A stretch of 64,000 nucleotides of DNA from contig NC_087437.1 in assembly GCF_036321535.1 (NCBI RefSeq), positions 37,884,001 through 37,948,000 on the forward strand. Reading direction: 5' to 3'. The notes under the pieces are model-generated. The model saw only the letters and a program-made list of their open reading frames with translations. It did not search any database and was not told the origin of the DNA. Positions 51,559 through 64,000 of the stretch are shown here, in pieces. Every line of letters starts with the position of its first letter. Position 1 is the first letter of the stretch. The position numbers and the translations under genes were made by a program. Origin of the DNA: Camelus dromedarius. Taxonomy: Eukaryota.

Positions 51559-52999
51559 CTATAAAACTATGAAGTCAACTACACACAAGCACATGAGCTA
51601 AGGAAACGAGACACAGAGGAGTTTTATACTGAACAGTTCCATTTATGAAAACTTCAACACCAAACTAACCAAATCCTCTGTAATGCTAGAAGTTAAGCTC
51701 AATAGTTATCTTTGAAGGGAAACAGCGATTTGAAGGTCCAGGAAAGGGGTCATCTGTAATGGTAGTAGTATTCTAATCTGCAAAGGGGCTCACCTTCACA
51801 TGTTTTCCCTTTTGAAAATTCACTTAGCTGTCTATTTTTTTATTTCCATATTTTTCAGTGAAAAATGTATTAAAATTTTATTAGATTAGATATCCCTACT
51901 CTTAAAGCCCTTCTGGCTACTACTCTATCAATGATAAAGCCTTTCCATACTCTACAGATCTTGTTCCTGAGATCTATAAAAAACACACATTCTTTTCACT
52001 TTGTCCTGCTAAGTGTCCCAGCTCTCTCTAATCACTGCAGTCAAACTCAGCTGCAGATCTACTTTTACATATCAAAGTGTCGACAGTCTCTTCTTTTAGC
52101 ATCACAAAAGACCAGACTTTAAGATTTTTAAAAGAATACTCTATTTTTATGAGGCAATTGACATAATAATTTGCTTTCTTATGTTAAATTGATATATAAA
52201 TCAAGAATCATCAATTTTCAAATATGTGTAACATGGGGGGGTGTTATGCTGAACAAATATAGTCTACACAAAATGCAATAATGTCAGGGAAGTGGCAGAC
52301 CTCTAGTTATTTTATCCCTGAATATAGATATAGATTTAACCACATTTGATATGGCAGAAATTGGAGGCAAAAAATGTAAGCACATGCTTATATATTTCAA
52401 AAAGTATTTTATTTCAATTGTAGCATAACAAATATAAAAATATAACCCTTAATATCATGCTAAAGAAAAATAATTACACATTTACAAAAATTTACCTTTA
52501 GGTAATCGTTAAGTCGAACCAGAAAGTAAGTTATTTATGTGACTTCAGGGCAAAATGTAAATACATTGTGATGTTTTGAATAACTTAGGGAGATCAAGAG
52601 AGCAAAATTAGATAGCTTACAGTAAATTTGGCTATTGTTTTATATTTATAAAACTAATATTACCTTGTGCAATAACGTGGTATTTTTGTTTTATCAAATA
52701 AAACACAATCTTTTAGTTTTTATGTCCTCCTCCATAACACTGGCCCATATCCTCATCCCTTCTTGTTGTTTTGAAGCAACATCTGGAAAATCTCCAACAC
52801 CAAATCAATTCAGCTTGCTAATAAGCCAATAACCAGGCAATCTTTCATTTCAAAGTAAAAAAAAAAAAAAAAAAAAGTAAAGAAAGATGCTAATCAACTG
52901 CCTAGACTGGTTCCTTTGTAAATCCATGCTATCTAACCTTCATTGAGTAATGCAGCCTAGAAATTCCTCTCCTTTCTTCAGAAAGGCAGTCTCAGTTCT

Positions 53000-54390
53000 T
53001 CTTTATTTCTCTTAAATCTCTTACTCTCCCAGGACCTTTAGTTAAACTGGAGATGACTTCATCATTTACTTATTTTCAGCCAAAACTGTCAGATAGACTC
53101 TGCCCTAAGATTCAACTACCAAACCTGGACAACCACGTACAATTTCACTCTTCTTTTCTTTTTCTCTCTTCCAAAATGGAATGGAAATAGATTCCCCTAC
53201 TCTACAGGTAATACTTCAATCAGGCAGCTGAAATAAATTACCTTCTGCTTTTAAGAGACCACACTATTACCCATCTATCTTCTATATCTTCAATTACCTT
53301 CTCCACTGTATTCTTCTTATAAGCATTTAAATATGCTCCTATCTTTGATATTTACACATTTTCTTTAGTCTCATCTTCCTCTCTAGTGTTTATCCCAGCC
53401 CTCTTCAAACTCCTTCAAAATGTTGATTTCTTTTGTGCCCCTACTTCTTCCCTTCCATCCATGCCATAATTCACTGTTACCCAGCTTCAGTTCTCACTCT
53501 TTTGCCCTGAAACTTGTATTGTGATATCACAAATATTTTTGTTTTTAAGAAATACGATGGATGCTTTAAGTTTAATCAAATCCCTGGGGCATTTTATATT
53601 GTATCTTTCCTTCTTGAAATACTTCCATGTCACCATGCATCTGGAATTCCTTTCTTTTTATCTTGCTACATTTCATCACATTTCTTGTAGAATACTCTTT
53701 GTTTTCTCATCTCTTCTTTATTTATTTAATTTATTCTTGGAGGGGGAGGTAATTAGGTTTATTTGTTTATTTATTTTCTCATCTTTTCTTATGTTCAGAG
53801 TTTTTACACATCCTTTTATGATTCAGTTCCCATCAGCTCTCATGAGTTCCTCGTTTGGATAGCTAAACACCGTTTCTTCAGTGAGCTTCAGACTCATGTG
53901 TCCAACTAAATACCAGACATCACAGTTAACTCAAGACCAACAGGAATAATACTGACAACGATTTGTCCCTTGCTTCTCCTTATGTGTGTTCTGTCTCAGA
54001 GAGTACCATTCTCGTCTACACCACTGTCAGAGCCAGAAACCTTAGATCATTTTTGCATCCCTTTTTCCCTTGCTTTGCACAATCAATAGATCTGCAATTC
54101 TGAAATTCTTGCAATTAGGATTCTACTTCCTTCAATATATTTTAAAAACTTCCACTGATCTCCATTTCCTCTGTCACATCTGAATTTAAAAAAATATTCT
54201 TTTGTTCTGACAACTTAAAAGGTCTCTTAGCTATTAACATTTTCCCATATTTCCAAGCCTCTTTTTTCTCTATATTGACTGAGAGTAATTTTTTTCCAAT
54301 ACACTGAATATGTCATGTCACTTCTTACCTTAATAATCATGAGTAACTTTCTACTAGTATTAGAAGTCCAAACTTCTTAACATGACTAAA
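53000..54390 (+). mobile_element. L2 LINE fragments
   Basis: Pyrimidine-rich L2 ORF2/3' motifs (TGAGCTTCAGACTCATGTGTCCAACT, AGCCAGAAACCTTAG, TCATGTCACTTC, AAGTCCAAACTTCTTAACATG). Confidence 0.7.
53719..53773 (-). mobile_element. 5'-truncated camelid Vic-1-type SINE tail
   Basis: GGAGGGGGAGGTAATTAGGTTTATTT motif, flanked by a 17-bp TSD TTTTCTCATCT(C/T)TTCTT at 53702-53718 and 53774-53790. Confidence 0.75.
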
Positions 54391-55968
54391 AATGTGTGCA
54401 ACTAAGTTGAAACATTGTTAAAAAGAAATCATAACCCATGGGAAAGATAGGTTCCAAAGAGCATCCTTGATAGTCACTGGAAAAATAAATCTCACCAAAT
54501 TGGAATCCTTTAATTAAATCAGTAACAGGGCTTGCTTTCGGTTTTGTTTTTTGATGTGTGTGTGTATGTGTGTGTGTGTGTTTGTTGGAGGAGTGGTGTT
54601 GAATACATCAAAATATCATTGCCCAAGCTGATAGTCAACTCTAGATGTGAAAAAGTAAAATGGGACTGGAAGCCAAAACTACAGCTCTGCCTGCAACAGT
54701 GAATTCTAGTGACCTTTACTGGAAGAGTAAGTAATAATTTGCTTACTCTATAGACTTGGGTGATTAATTTAGCCAGTAAATGATAATTAATGATGTACAA
54801 TTTTGAGTAGAGATCTATTTAAAGGTTTTTACTTTTTCTGAAAACAAAAGAATAAACCCAGGATACACTATAATCAATATTTTCCTGTTCTTACAGATTC
54901 CTGAATAGTGCAGTATTTATAATATAGAAAGTATCATGTAGAAAACAAAATTATTACATTCCTCACAGCTGATTTCTCAAAATGAAAGCACCAATTTCCC
55001 CTGAAGTGTGAGAGTGACCAAGTTGATAACTGAGGAGAGAAAGAAAGTCAGCTTTTGTCAAGAACACTTTTGTGAAGGAGGCTATCGTTTCCTACAGAGG
55101 AGTGAGGAAGCAAAGTGCGTGACTGACTTCACTACTCAGATCTGAGGGAGGATTTCCAGAAATCTGGCCAGTGGCTTTTTATGTGGTGCAAGAAATACTG
55201 AGAAAGGGGGCATGCTGACCTGTCTCATTGCTCAAGTAGGGATGACACTGAGACTGGAAACAGATGGATTATTTCGATGGTCAGGCAAGAAGATGTGAGA
55301 ACTAGCCCACTTCAGTTCCCAGGTCATGAGGTAAAAAGATAGATCCATTCAAATCTGCAGCCCCCTAGATATAAAAACATCCTTATGAAGAAAGACATTA
55401 ATTACAGCATTTTTAATAAGAGGTAGTCACATATATCTTGGACTAATAGGTCTACAGATTCTTGATCCCTGTCTCTGTCCTTCCAAGTAAACATAGCAGC
55501 CCATTCATTCAATGGGTAAAGTCCATACCTTGTAGTTATTTTTTACTTTCTTTCTTATATTCTTCTAGTCCATCAACAAAGGTGGTCAGTTTTAACTTTA
55601 AATAGATTATAAACCTGATTATTTCTCCCTTTTTCACCACTAACATGCCAAGTCAAGTCACTCTTATCTCTACTGTGTATGGAACATAGTCATTGCTCAG
55701 TAAATTTTTCTTGAAAAACTGATAGAAACATTATGTATTCAGTATTTCTAGAAAGATTATATGAAGATGCTTCTATTTTATTTTGTTGAAAAATAATTTA
55801 AAGGGGGATACCCATTACTTACTCTCCCTCCCCTATATCTCCATAAACCTAGGCACACCAGCCCTCTCTCTGTGGAGCTTAAAGCATTTTTTCCTGGCAG
55901 TTGAGTTATTGTTCTGAATATGTTTTCCCTCTATCAGATTATAAACTACTCAAAAACACCTCCTTTTA

Positions 55969-56428
55969 GGAATACTACTCAGCCATAAAAACCGACAACA
56001 TAATGCCATTTGCAGCAACATGGATGCTCCTGGAGAATGTCATTCTAAGTGAAGTAAGCCAGAAGGAGAAAGAAAAATACCATATGAGATCGCTCATATG
56101 TGGAATCTAAAAAACAAAAACAAAAAACAAAGCATAAATACAAAACAGAAATAGACTCATAGACATAGAATACAAACTTGTGGTTGCCAGGGGGGTGGAG
56201 GGTGGGAAGGGATAGACTGGGGTTTCAAAACTGTAGAATAGATAAACAAGATTACACTGTATAGCACAGGGAAATATACACAAAATGTTATGATAACTCA
56301 CAGAGAAAAAAATGTGACAATGAGTGTGTATATGTCCATGAATGAATGAAAAATTGTGCTGAACACTGGAATTTGACACAACATTGTAAAATGATTATAA
56401 ATCAATAAAAATGTTAAAAAAAAAAACC
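55969..56428 (+). mobile_element. Young 5'-truncated L1 (camelid-type 3'UTR) with polyA and TSD
   Basis: ORF2 end (GAATACTACTCAGCCATAAAAA..TTTGCAGCAACATGGATG), AATAAA and A-tail; perfect TSD CACCTCCTTTTA at 55957-55968 and 56429-56440. Confidence 0.95.
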
Positions 56429-58036
56429 CACCTCCTTTTAAATATTAAGATGCAGCATGCTAAGCTATTGTCATATTACAATCCCCCTCCTCCACCAGCT
56501 GGTTAATGTGGTTACAATCTGATTCTGAACAAAATCATAATACACACATGTACCACATTTATAGCATATATCATATTTGAAATCTGCATATAACCATAAT
56601 TGGTAAGAATTTTATATAACTAAATGAAAGGATAAACGCATGAATGAAAGAATTAAAAATCCAATGAGAAGTAAAACATTTCTAGTTTGGTGAACTATAA
56701 AACAGTAAAACAACAACATTTATATTTTATGGTGATGCATCTTAAATTTTCATAAATGTATAAAGAGGAAATGGAAGATTAAGCTTCATATAGTAATACT
56801 GATAATAATTTATTACCTGTGCACACTGTAATTGGTTTGTTTAAAGAAACAACATTATAGTCACATTAACTCACTTCAGGGTGTTCAATGTAACAGTGCC
56901 ATATCCTGCTGTGTTTTATTACTTAAACAGAGATGCAATTTAGTTTTCCTGCTGACTATTCAATTGTATTTCCTAAACAAAGACAGATAGTAATTTACAT
57001 CAAATTATTTTTGTTTATCTAAGGAGAACATTGATCAATGCCATATGATCTGAGGCGAACTACCTCTTTTTCGCTAATCACACTGCATTTAAACAAGAGC
57101 AAAGATATCTGGCATTGTCAAGTATTGGTTCAATTCAGTTTAACACACATTGGACATTTCTGATTTGTTGTATTATGCTTGCTATAATGTTAAATTTTAA
57201 GTATGCATCCAGTGGACAGCATAATGTTTGACTAACACTTTGCATGTTAGATAAGACATCTCACTCATTACTGCATTTAACTCTCAAGAGAAAGAGTATC
57301 ATTAGTAAAATGACTAGGTAAGCAGGTAAGACAGATAGTATTGAACACAATGTATAGTTTTAGACACTGAATTCTAGAGATCCAGGACTCCAACTGTGGT
57401 GTCTCAACAATTAATTCTGTGCATCTTGCACTATAGATAATTACACTCTAAAAGTACATTATGTCTGATCTCCTGGTCTTTTCACTAACTAAATCAAGTT
57501 CTACATGTGAATAATGCCCAACACACTACCCTAATTTCATTTTTCTTGACCATAACTTAATGCCACACATTTAACCTTGTTATCTCTCTGAGTACAGAAT
57601 CCCTGAAAGTTGAAAGTTCAGAACTGTATGTGTACACCATTTCTTGTCTTTCAGATCTCTACTGCCATTAAGTCTACTCTAACTGATCAAGCCTTAACAC
57701 TGTATTCTCTCCCTGTCTTTCAGCCTTCTCCTAGCTTGCCTTATATCCTTAAAAGAAGATGCTATACAATAACTCACTTAATCATTCTCTGGCCAAAAGC
57801 ATAAATCCATTTTCCCTCGGGCAGTGTTGTGTTGCTCCTCTCCAACACAACAGCACCAGAGCTGCCAAGTGGGGTGGGGTTGGGGGGGACCACATGAGTC
57901 GATTCTACTTCAAACTCAGCTTCTGGGTCTTCATTTGGCTCTCACTCTTGCCATACACACTTCATCATAAACCTAGGGACACATCTCTCATTCCTCTCAA
58001 TGTTTATCCCAAACTTCCCTTTATCCCTGAGTTCTC

Positions 58037-58703
58037 TGTGAGACAGGAGGGAAGGGGGCAGGGCACAGTCATTCAAAGAATGACACAGCAATTAACACCA
58101 GAATGGTGGAAGAATCAACTCCCAGTAAACCTTGAAGCTCAAGATGGTGGGAGATTTGACTTCCAGTAGACCTTGAGCATCAATATATGCCCATTGTAAT
58201 ATATTAACATGGTAAATAACATGCCCACAGGCGCCATGACATTTCCAATGCTAACCACAAAAGGTCAAAGAGTGGACGGTGGCCCAATTCCTGTGAATCC
58301 CAGCCTCTTCTCCAGGGTACTTAGAATGGTCCTCCCACTTGTTAGCAAATGAAGCTTCCAAGCCCATAAAAACTGGCAACACCACACCTTGTGGCCACCT
58401 CTCTTGCTTCCTTGTGTTCAGCGATCGCCCACACTCTGTCTATGGAGTGTGTATCTACTTTTACTTTAACCTGAGCACCCAACCCACACACCTCGTGGCC
58501 TTTCTCTCACCTTCTGGAACAGCCTACACTCCATGTAGTATGTACCTCTCTAAATAAATCTATCTTTACTCAACTGTGGCTCGCTCTTGAATTCTTCCCT
58601 GTGCGAAGCCAAGGACCCACACTTGGCGGGGCGCGTCCCAGGGACTCAGCCGAGACCTGGGACAGGGCCCTTCTCATGCCCCACATTCATTTTTCCTGTA
58701 TCA
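58037..58703 (+). mobile_element. Relatively young ERV1 solo LTR, TSD TCTC
   Basis: TGTGAGACAGG...CCTGTATCA termini; CCCATAAAAA TATA-like box near 58363; AATAAA near 58553; CpG-rich U5; TCTC on both flanks. Confidence 0.9.
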
Positions 58704-59229
58704 TCTCTTCTTTCCCTTCTCCCGCCTCCGGAGATGACTTGGTGATTTCATATCAGAGAGGAAAGGCAGGCTCTTCCTTCTTCCTCAGCCCCGTGCCTGC
58801 AGGTTTATTTGCATTTCTAATCAGTCTTAACGCTGTTTTTTCTCATTAAGTAAATGATTTCTCTCCACCTTTCAAAAATAAAGATTTACCTATACAGGTG
58901 ATTTCATTCTCTTATGTTTCCTGAAAACCTTGTCTCATCTATTATCTCAAATTCAAACTCACCTTCCATTTTATATAAATAAATGTATATATATAAATAA
59001 TATGTATATATCTCAGCATACATATTCTCAAGGACTTTTAATGTTTAAAAAAAAGAAAAAACCTCCCTTAACCTGTGCTTCCTTTCATCTTTCTTGCTTT
59101 ACTTCCTTCTGTCCCTTCTCCTTTTCACTACCCCTTGGAAACAACTAGTTATCAAATTTTCTGTTAGATTAACTGTTTCTCTAAGAAAGCTTCCATTCTA
59201 AGCCTTTCTATTTGATCTCCCATTTCCTT

Positions 59230-60060
59230 GTGGTTGTGATTAGTGCTACTCACTGACTGCTGTTAATTCCCACCTGCCCTCCCGCTAGTGTGGCAGGATT
59301 GCACTTCCAGGCCTCCTTAATCTTAGGTGTGTGGTGCCTTGCCATTGACATGCATATCAGAACTGTCAGTGCCTTCCTATCCCCTGGGATCCCTTTGCAA
59401 TTATAGTGCACAAAGACTCCTGTGTTTTTGCTGCCAAAATCCAGATCTGTGATCCTCTTTAGGCCATTGGAGTCCCAGATGCCTAGAATTTTATATTACC
59501 ACAGCGGGAACCCTAAAAAAGTAGCTGACACGTAGCAGGGAATAATAATACAGGTTCTCTGCCCCCCTGGTTAGAACATTTCAGGCTTGACTTGCCCAGT
59601 CTCCAAAGCTGCCTTGACGATGGAGCCAAACTTTCAGGACACTTTGCTTGACGTTGCAATATTTCTTGGCTTTCTCTCCCTCCAGTTCCACTTCCCCACC
59701 CTCCTGCTGGTTTTAGCTGTGAACACTCCTTGTATTACTTTCACATGAACCATTGGCACAGGAGCTACTTGCAGGGAACCCAAACTACAAGAAAATGTAT
59801 GGAATTGACATATGTCATATTCAGGCTTAAAGAGCCCTTGTGTGATTTGCCACCTACCTTTTTTCCTCTCTACCCTGGCAACTGGCAGTATTCCAGATAG
59901 TGACTGCTCTGTTGGCCTGGGGCCTAGAGTAAGGAAAACACGGAGCAGAGCCCACAGTTAACTCACGATGGATGTGTAGTGTGAGAGAAAAAGGAGACTT
60001 TGTTTTTTAAAGCTGCTGAGATATCCCATTATTTGTTACTACAGCATAATCCAGCCCGTC
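59230..60060 (+). mobile_element. Old MLT1 LTR with a nested LTR16-like ERVL LTR (about 59370-59790)
   Basis: GGCAGGATTGCACTTC, AGATAGTGACTGCTCTGTTGGCCTGGG, TTTGTTACTACAGCATAA; inner piece ends GCAGGGAACCCAAACTA. Confidence 0.65.
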
Positions 60061-60839
60061 CATGTGCTATCGGTATGAGTCCACACCCTTCTGTATCAGT
60101 TTATATAATGGGCTAGGATATACTGTGTCGATAAATTCTAGCATCCCAATGGCTTATAATGGGAAAGATTCACTTTCTCTTATGCAGCTCTCCTCACCTC
60201 TGGACCCACCCAGATGAAGGAGCAACCGTGAAACTTGGTGGCTGTGGTGGTGGAGGGAAGCAGCTCTGAATGTTATGAAATACTCAACCCTAAAGGGAAT
60301 ACATATGATTTCTCCTCACAACCCACTGGCCAAAACTAGTCAGATAGCAGCCACGGTGGGGCCAGAAAGCACAATGTCACCATGTTCCTGGGAGACTGAG
60401 AGGTGGAAACACCCAGAGAACAGCACTAGTGATCTGTACAGTTTTCCCCTCATCAGTGTCTGGTTCCTATGCAAGCTGCTCCCTGGATCCGCCGTCACCA
60501 GCGACAGATCAGGTGAACGCACTGCTGCTTTATAGCTCCTGAACTTGCTGTGGCACTTTAAGTTGTTGAATCGTTTATTCTTTATTAAATTCTATGTGTT
60601 TTGTACTTCTTGTTTTATTATAGGTACTTTTTAGTACAAGTAATGGAAAAAAATCACAGAGTGGTTTAAAGATTAAATATTAACCAGAATCCCTGTGGTT
60701 CAGGCAAGAAAAAAAAAAACTGAGACAAATCTTTTGCTATCAGATGCCTAGAAATACTGAATGCAAACCTCAAACAAAGCAAAACAATAACTTTTTTTCA
60801 AGGGGATAATTTAGTGACAAAGAAAAAAGTAAAAAATAA

Positions 60840-61800
60840 TATTTTTTATGAATTTAGGATAGGGATATTTCCTTAAATAAGATACAAAAACCATAAATCA
60901 TAAAAGAAATATTGAAATAAGTTTAACAAATTAAAATTTGTTTTTTGTATGAATTAATTAAAAAATTAAAAATAAGACAAGTCATATATTGGAAGGATAT
61001 ATTTATCATCCATATATTGGATAAAGGGTTTCTATCAAAAATACATACAAAGCTCCAATGACTAAATTTCAAACACACACATGTGTGCACACGCGCGCAC
61101 ACACACACACACACACAACTCATTAGAAAAAGGCCAAAATATATGAACAACAAGCCTCAGAGAAGGGAATCTGAATGCTAACATTTAAATTTAAAACTGA
61201 GTTGAATATGCATGACGTCATGAGTAATCAGGGAGATACAATTTAAAACTATAATAAAATGAGATTTTGTAGCCATCAAAATGGAAAAATGTAGTTAAAT
61301 TCAATAAATTCAAGTGCTGGTGAAACAAGAACTCACATACTTTGCTGGCAAAACCGTAAATTAATATAACTTTTTGAAATCAATTTTGCAATATCTAATA
61401 AATTTGAAGTTCCATATACTTTACATCTCAATAATCTTAGGTCTAGGGAGACTCTCCCGTGTGTGCTTAGAAGCCATTTAGGAAAGTGTCTATTGCAGCG
61501 CTCTTTGTAATAGAATAAATGTGGAAAAGAAACCTAGACATTCCTTAGTAAGTGACTGCATACACTGCTTGTGGCTTATTCATACATTGAAATCTTATAT
61601 AGTAAGTAAAATGTATAAACTAGATCACCCAGTGTTACCATTGCTATATTTATACAAATAATGTTGAGAGGAAAAAGCAAGTGTATATCTATATATAATA
61701 TTTATAGTTTATAAATGTATTATATATCTTTTAAAAATAATACATAATATTTGTGAATTCATTGATTTAGGTAACGATATAAATACTTTCTTATAAATAA
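60840..61800 (+). mobile_element. Old L1 (L1ME-like) 3' region with a (CA)n tract at 61074-61116
   Basis: AAGACAAGTCA..TGGAAGG.TATATTT, GAACTCACATACTTTGCTGG, ATTGCAGCGCTCTTTGTAATAG. Confidence 0.8.
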
Positions 61801-61890
61801 TATTTACCAGCTTCAGGGCAATGAAGGGGATGGAGGTTGGGGTTACCTCTGAAGTTACCTCTGAGGTTGGGAACAGAGTACATAAAGAAG

Positions 61891-62454
61891 TGTGGAAAGC
61901 AGCCTCTAAGATAATTCCTGATGATTCTCACCTTAGAACAGTCATGCCTTTATATAATCACTCTCTTTTAGTATGCGCTGAACCTAGTGACTTACTTTGA
62001 ATGAGTCAAGTATGGCAAAAGTAATGGGCTATCACTACAGAGATGAGGTTACAAAAAAATGGTGACTTCCATCTTGAGTTTTGTCATGATTTTGGAAACT
62101 AGCTGCCATGTTGTGAGTTGCTCTGTGGAGGAGCTCATGTGGCAAGGAACTGAGGGGGGCCTCTGGCCAACAGCCAGTGAGGAACTGAGGCTGTTGTCCA
62201 ATAGCCTGTGAGGAACTGAATCCTGACATTTGCATAATCTTGAAAACCCATCATCTCCCAGTCAAGCCATCAGGTGACACCACAGCCCTGGCTGACCCCT
62301 TAATTATAGCCTTGTGAGAAACTTTGGAGCAGAGACACCTAGCTGAGGCACATCTAGATTCCTGCCCCAAAGAAACTATAAAGTAATAATTGCCTATTGT
62401 CTTAAACCATTAACCTTGGGGTAATTTATTAAGTAGTAGTAGATAACTAATACA
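61891..62454 (+). mobile_element. MLT1E/F-like MaLR solo LTR
   Basis: TGTGG..GCAGCCTCTAAGAT, GCTGCCATGTTGTGAG, GGCAAGGAACTGAGG, ends AGATAACTAATACA. Confidence 0.9.
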
Positions 62455-62634
62455 GGAATAGGAGAAATAACTGAAAATGTCTGGCAATCTGGCAAAATCA
62501 GCAGGTATCCATCAGGGCTGTTGTTCCATTTCTGTGTCATCAGCTTGGTTTTCCCATACACTGTGATTTTTGTCCTCATGCTGGTAGCAAGAGGGCTGTG
62601 GCTGCTGGATAGCTTAACTTCACTCATGTCTAGC

Positions 62635-63090
62635 TAGTGCAATCTAGGAAATAGAATGGAAGCCAGATACATAATTTCATAATTTCTAAACATCATGTTT
62701 AAAAAAGTAAATAGAACCAGGTGAAATTCATTTTAATAATATATTTTATTTAGCCCAATATATTCAAATAGTCTTATTCCAATATTTAATCTACGTAAAT
62801 AAATCATCTGAGATATTTTACATTCCCTTTCTCATGCCAAAACTTAGTAATCTAATTTGTATTGAAGATCTCAATTTAGACACCAAATTTTCATCAGAAG
62901 CATTTGATGTATATATAGTTCATGAAATGTATAGCTGAGAAAGTTTTTTCAGCTATACTTAAAAGTTTTCCAATCATAAAAGTATCAGTTTTTAAATTAA
63001 AACAAGAATTAATTTTTAAAATTTTATTTCTTAGTTGTACTAGCCACATTTAAAATACTCAAAGCCTCTTGTACCATATCGGACAGCCTG
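62635..63090. mobile_element. MER33/MER3-like hAT-Charlie element
   Basis: AGGTGAAATT.ATTTTAATAATATATTTTATTTA.CCCAATATAT and terminal TAGCCACATTT..TACCATATCGGACAGC. Confidence 0.75.
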
Positions 63091-64000
63091 ACTCGAGATA
63101 TTTCTCCTGAGACAGAGCTTTTCTTTTTCTTCATCTACCAGTAATTTCCCTTTGTGATTTTTGGGCTAATTTGTGTCTTATATTCTTTTCTAATCCAATC
63201 TTTATAAAGAGGAACTTTATAAAGTTGTTCTGAACGCTCTCTATAGATTAGACTTACCTAGAGAGTTTTAATTTTTGATGCCTGCATTCCATCCTTACAT
63301 TCAGAAGTCCTGATGTACCTGATTGGTGCTGAGTCCCAAAGTGGTATTTTCTAAGATCTTCCAAGGGAAGAAGGATTAAAAATATAGGAGGTCTGTGTTC
63401 CTACCTACCAATTAAAACATAATCTCTGGAATGAACCCTAGGATTGCTATTTGGACAAACAAACAAGCAAAAAATCAGATGAGTCTAATGCCAAGTCAAG
63501 AAAGAGAATAAATAACTGCTAAGAATCAAAGCCTTGTCCTGAAGATGGTGCTTGGAGTAGATTGCCCTGACACCACTAGAGCTTCATGAACTGAAAAGAT
63601 GGTTATCAGGGACAGAAGATGCAGTTCTGCTAGAAAGGAGAAATGCATTCTGTGTAACCAGGTAACCAACATGTCCATTATACTTGCCAGGTTTTCTTTC
63701 TAATTCTAAAATTTATCTTTGGTCTCTATTACTGCTTTTATGCTGCCAGACCCCTTAAATGTTGGTGATCTTGTGGCCTCGGTTTGCTATCAGCTTCTTT
63801 TATGACTGACTGTGCGTTTTGCTCTTCCCTGTGTTGACTACCATCTATAGTCTGATGACTCTTGGCTCTACTTCTTTGCCTCCTAAATTTCAGGCGATCA
63901 TTTGAAAATGCCCGATTCAGTATATCTTGACTGCCAGACTTGTTTTTTCACATGAACTTTTGATATTCAGTATAAATCAGAAATTTCTATTGCTTTTGTG

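Noticed and set aside
57759..58849. ORFs of 72-136 aa
   Set aside because: They run through or lie within a solo LTR; no coding signature.
1..64000. Prokaryotic-type systems (CRISPR arrays, operons, defence islands) and tRNA/rRNA genes
   Set aside because: The sequence is mammalian, repeat-rich and intron-like; I saw no regularly spaced repeat-spacer array or recognisable structural RNA gene.

Overview
This is AT-rich, CpG-poor mammalian genomic DNA. A Vic-1-type SINE tail and a young lineage-type L1 3' end suggest a camelid genome. I find no intact protein-coding gene, and almost all ORFs in the supplied track are chance ORFs or repeat-derived. Much of the window is interspersed repeat: L1, L2, MIR, MaLR/MLT1 LTRs (one complete LTR-internal-LTR), ERV1 solo LTRs and hAT-Charlie MERs. 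Two larger structures are hidden in the unique-looking DNA. (1) A heavily decayed, intron-containing + strand gene relic matches, in broadly colinear order, the sperm fibrous-sheath protein FSIP2: an N-terminal motif near 3.5 kb, phase-compatible small exons at 27-35.5 kb, and giant-exon remnants at 35.7-42.6 kb. It is too divergent to be the FSIP2 orthologue, so it is probably an ancient FSIP2-like paralogue that became a pseudogene. (2) A degenerate ERV1 provirus (pro-pol-env-3'LTR) lies on the - strand at 45.7-50.9 kb. A weaker chain of - strand exon-like segments lies at 17.7-23.7 kb. All protein and repeat-family comparisons were made by eye against sequences recalled from memory and need BLAST/HMM/RepeatMasker confirmation.
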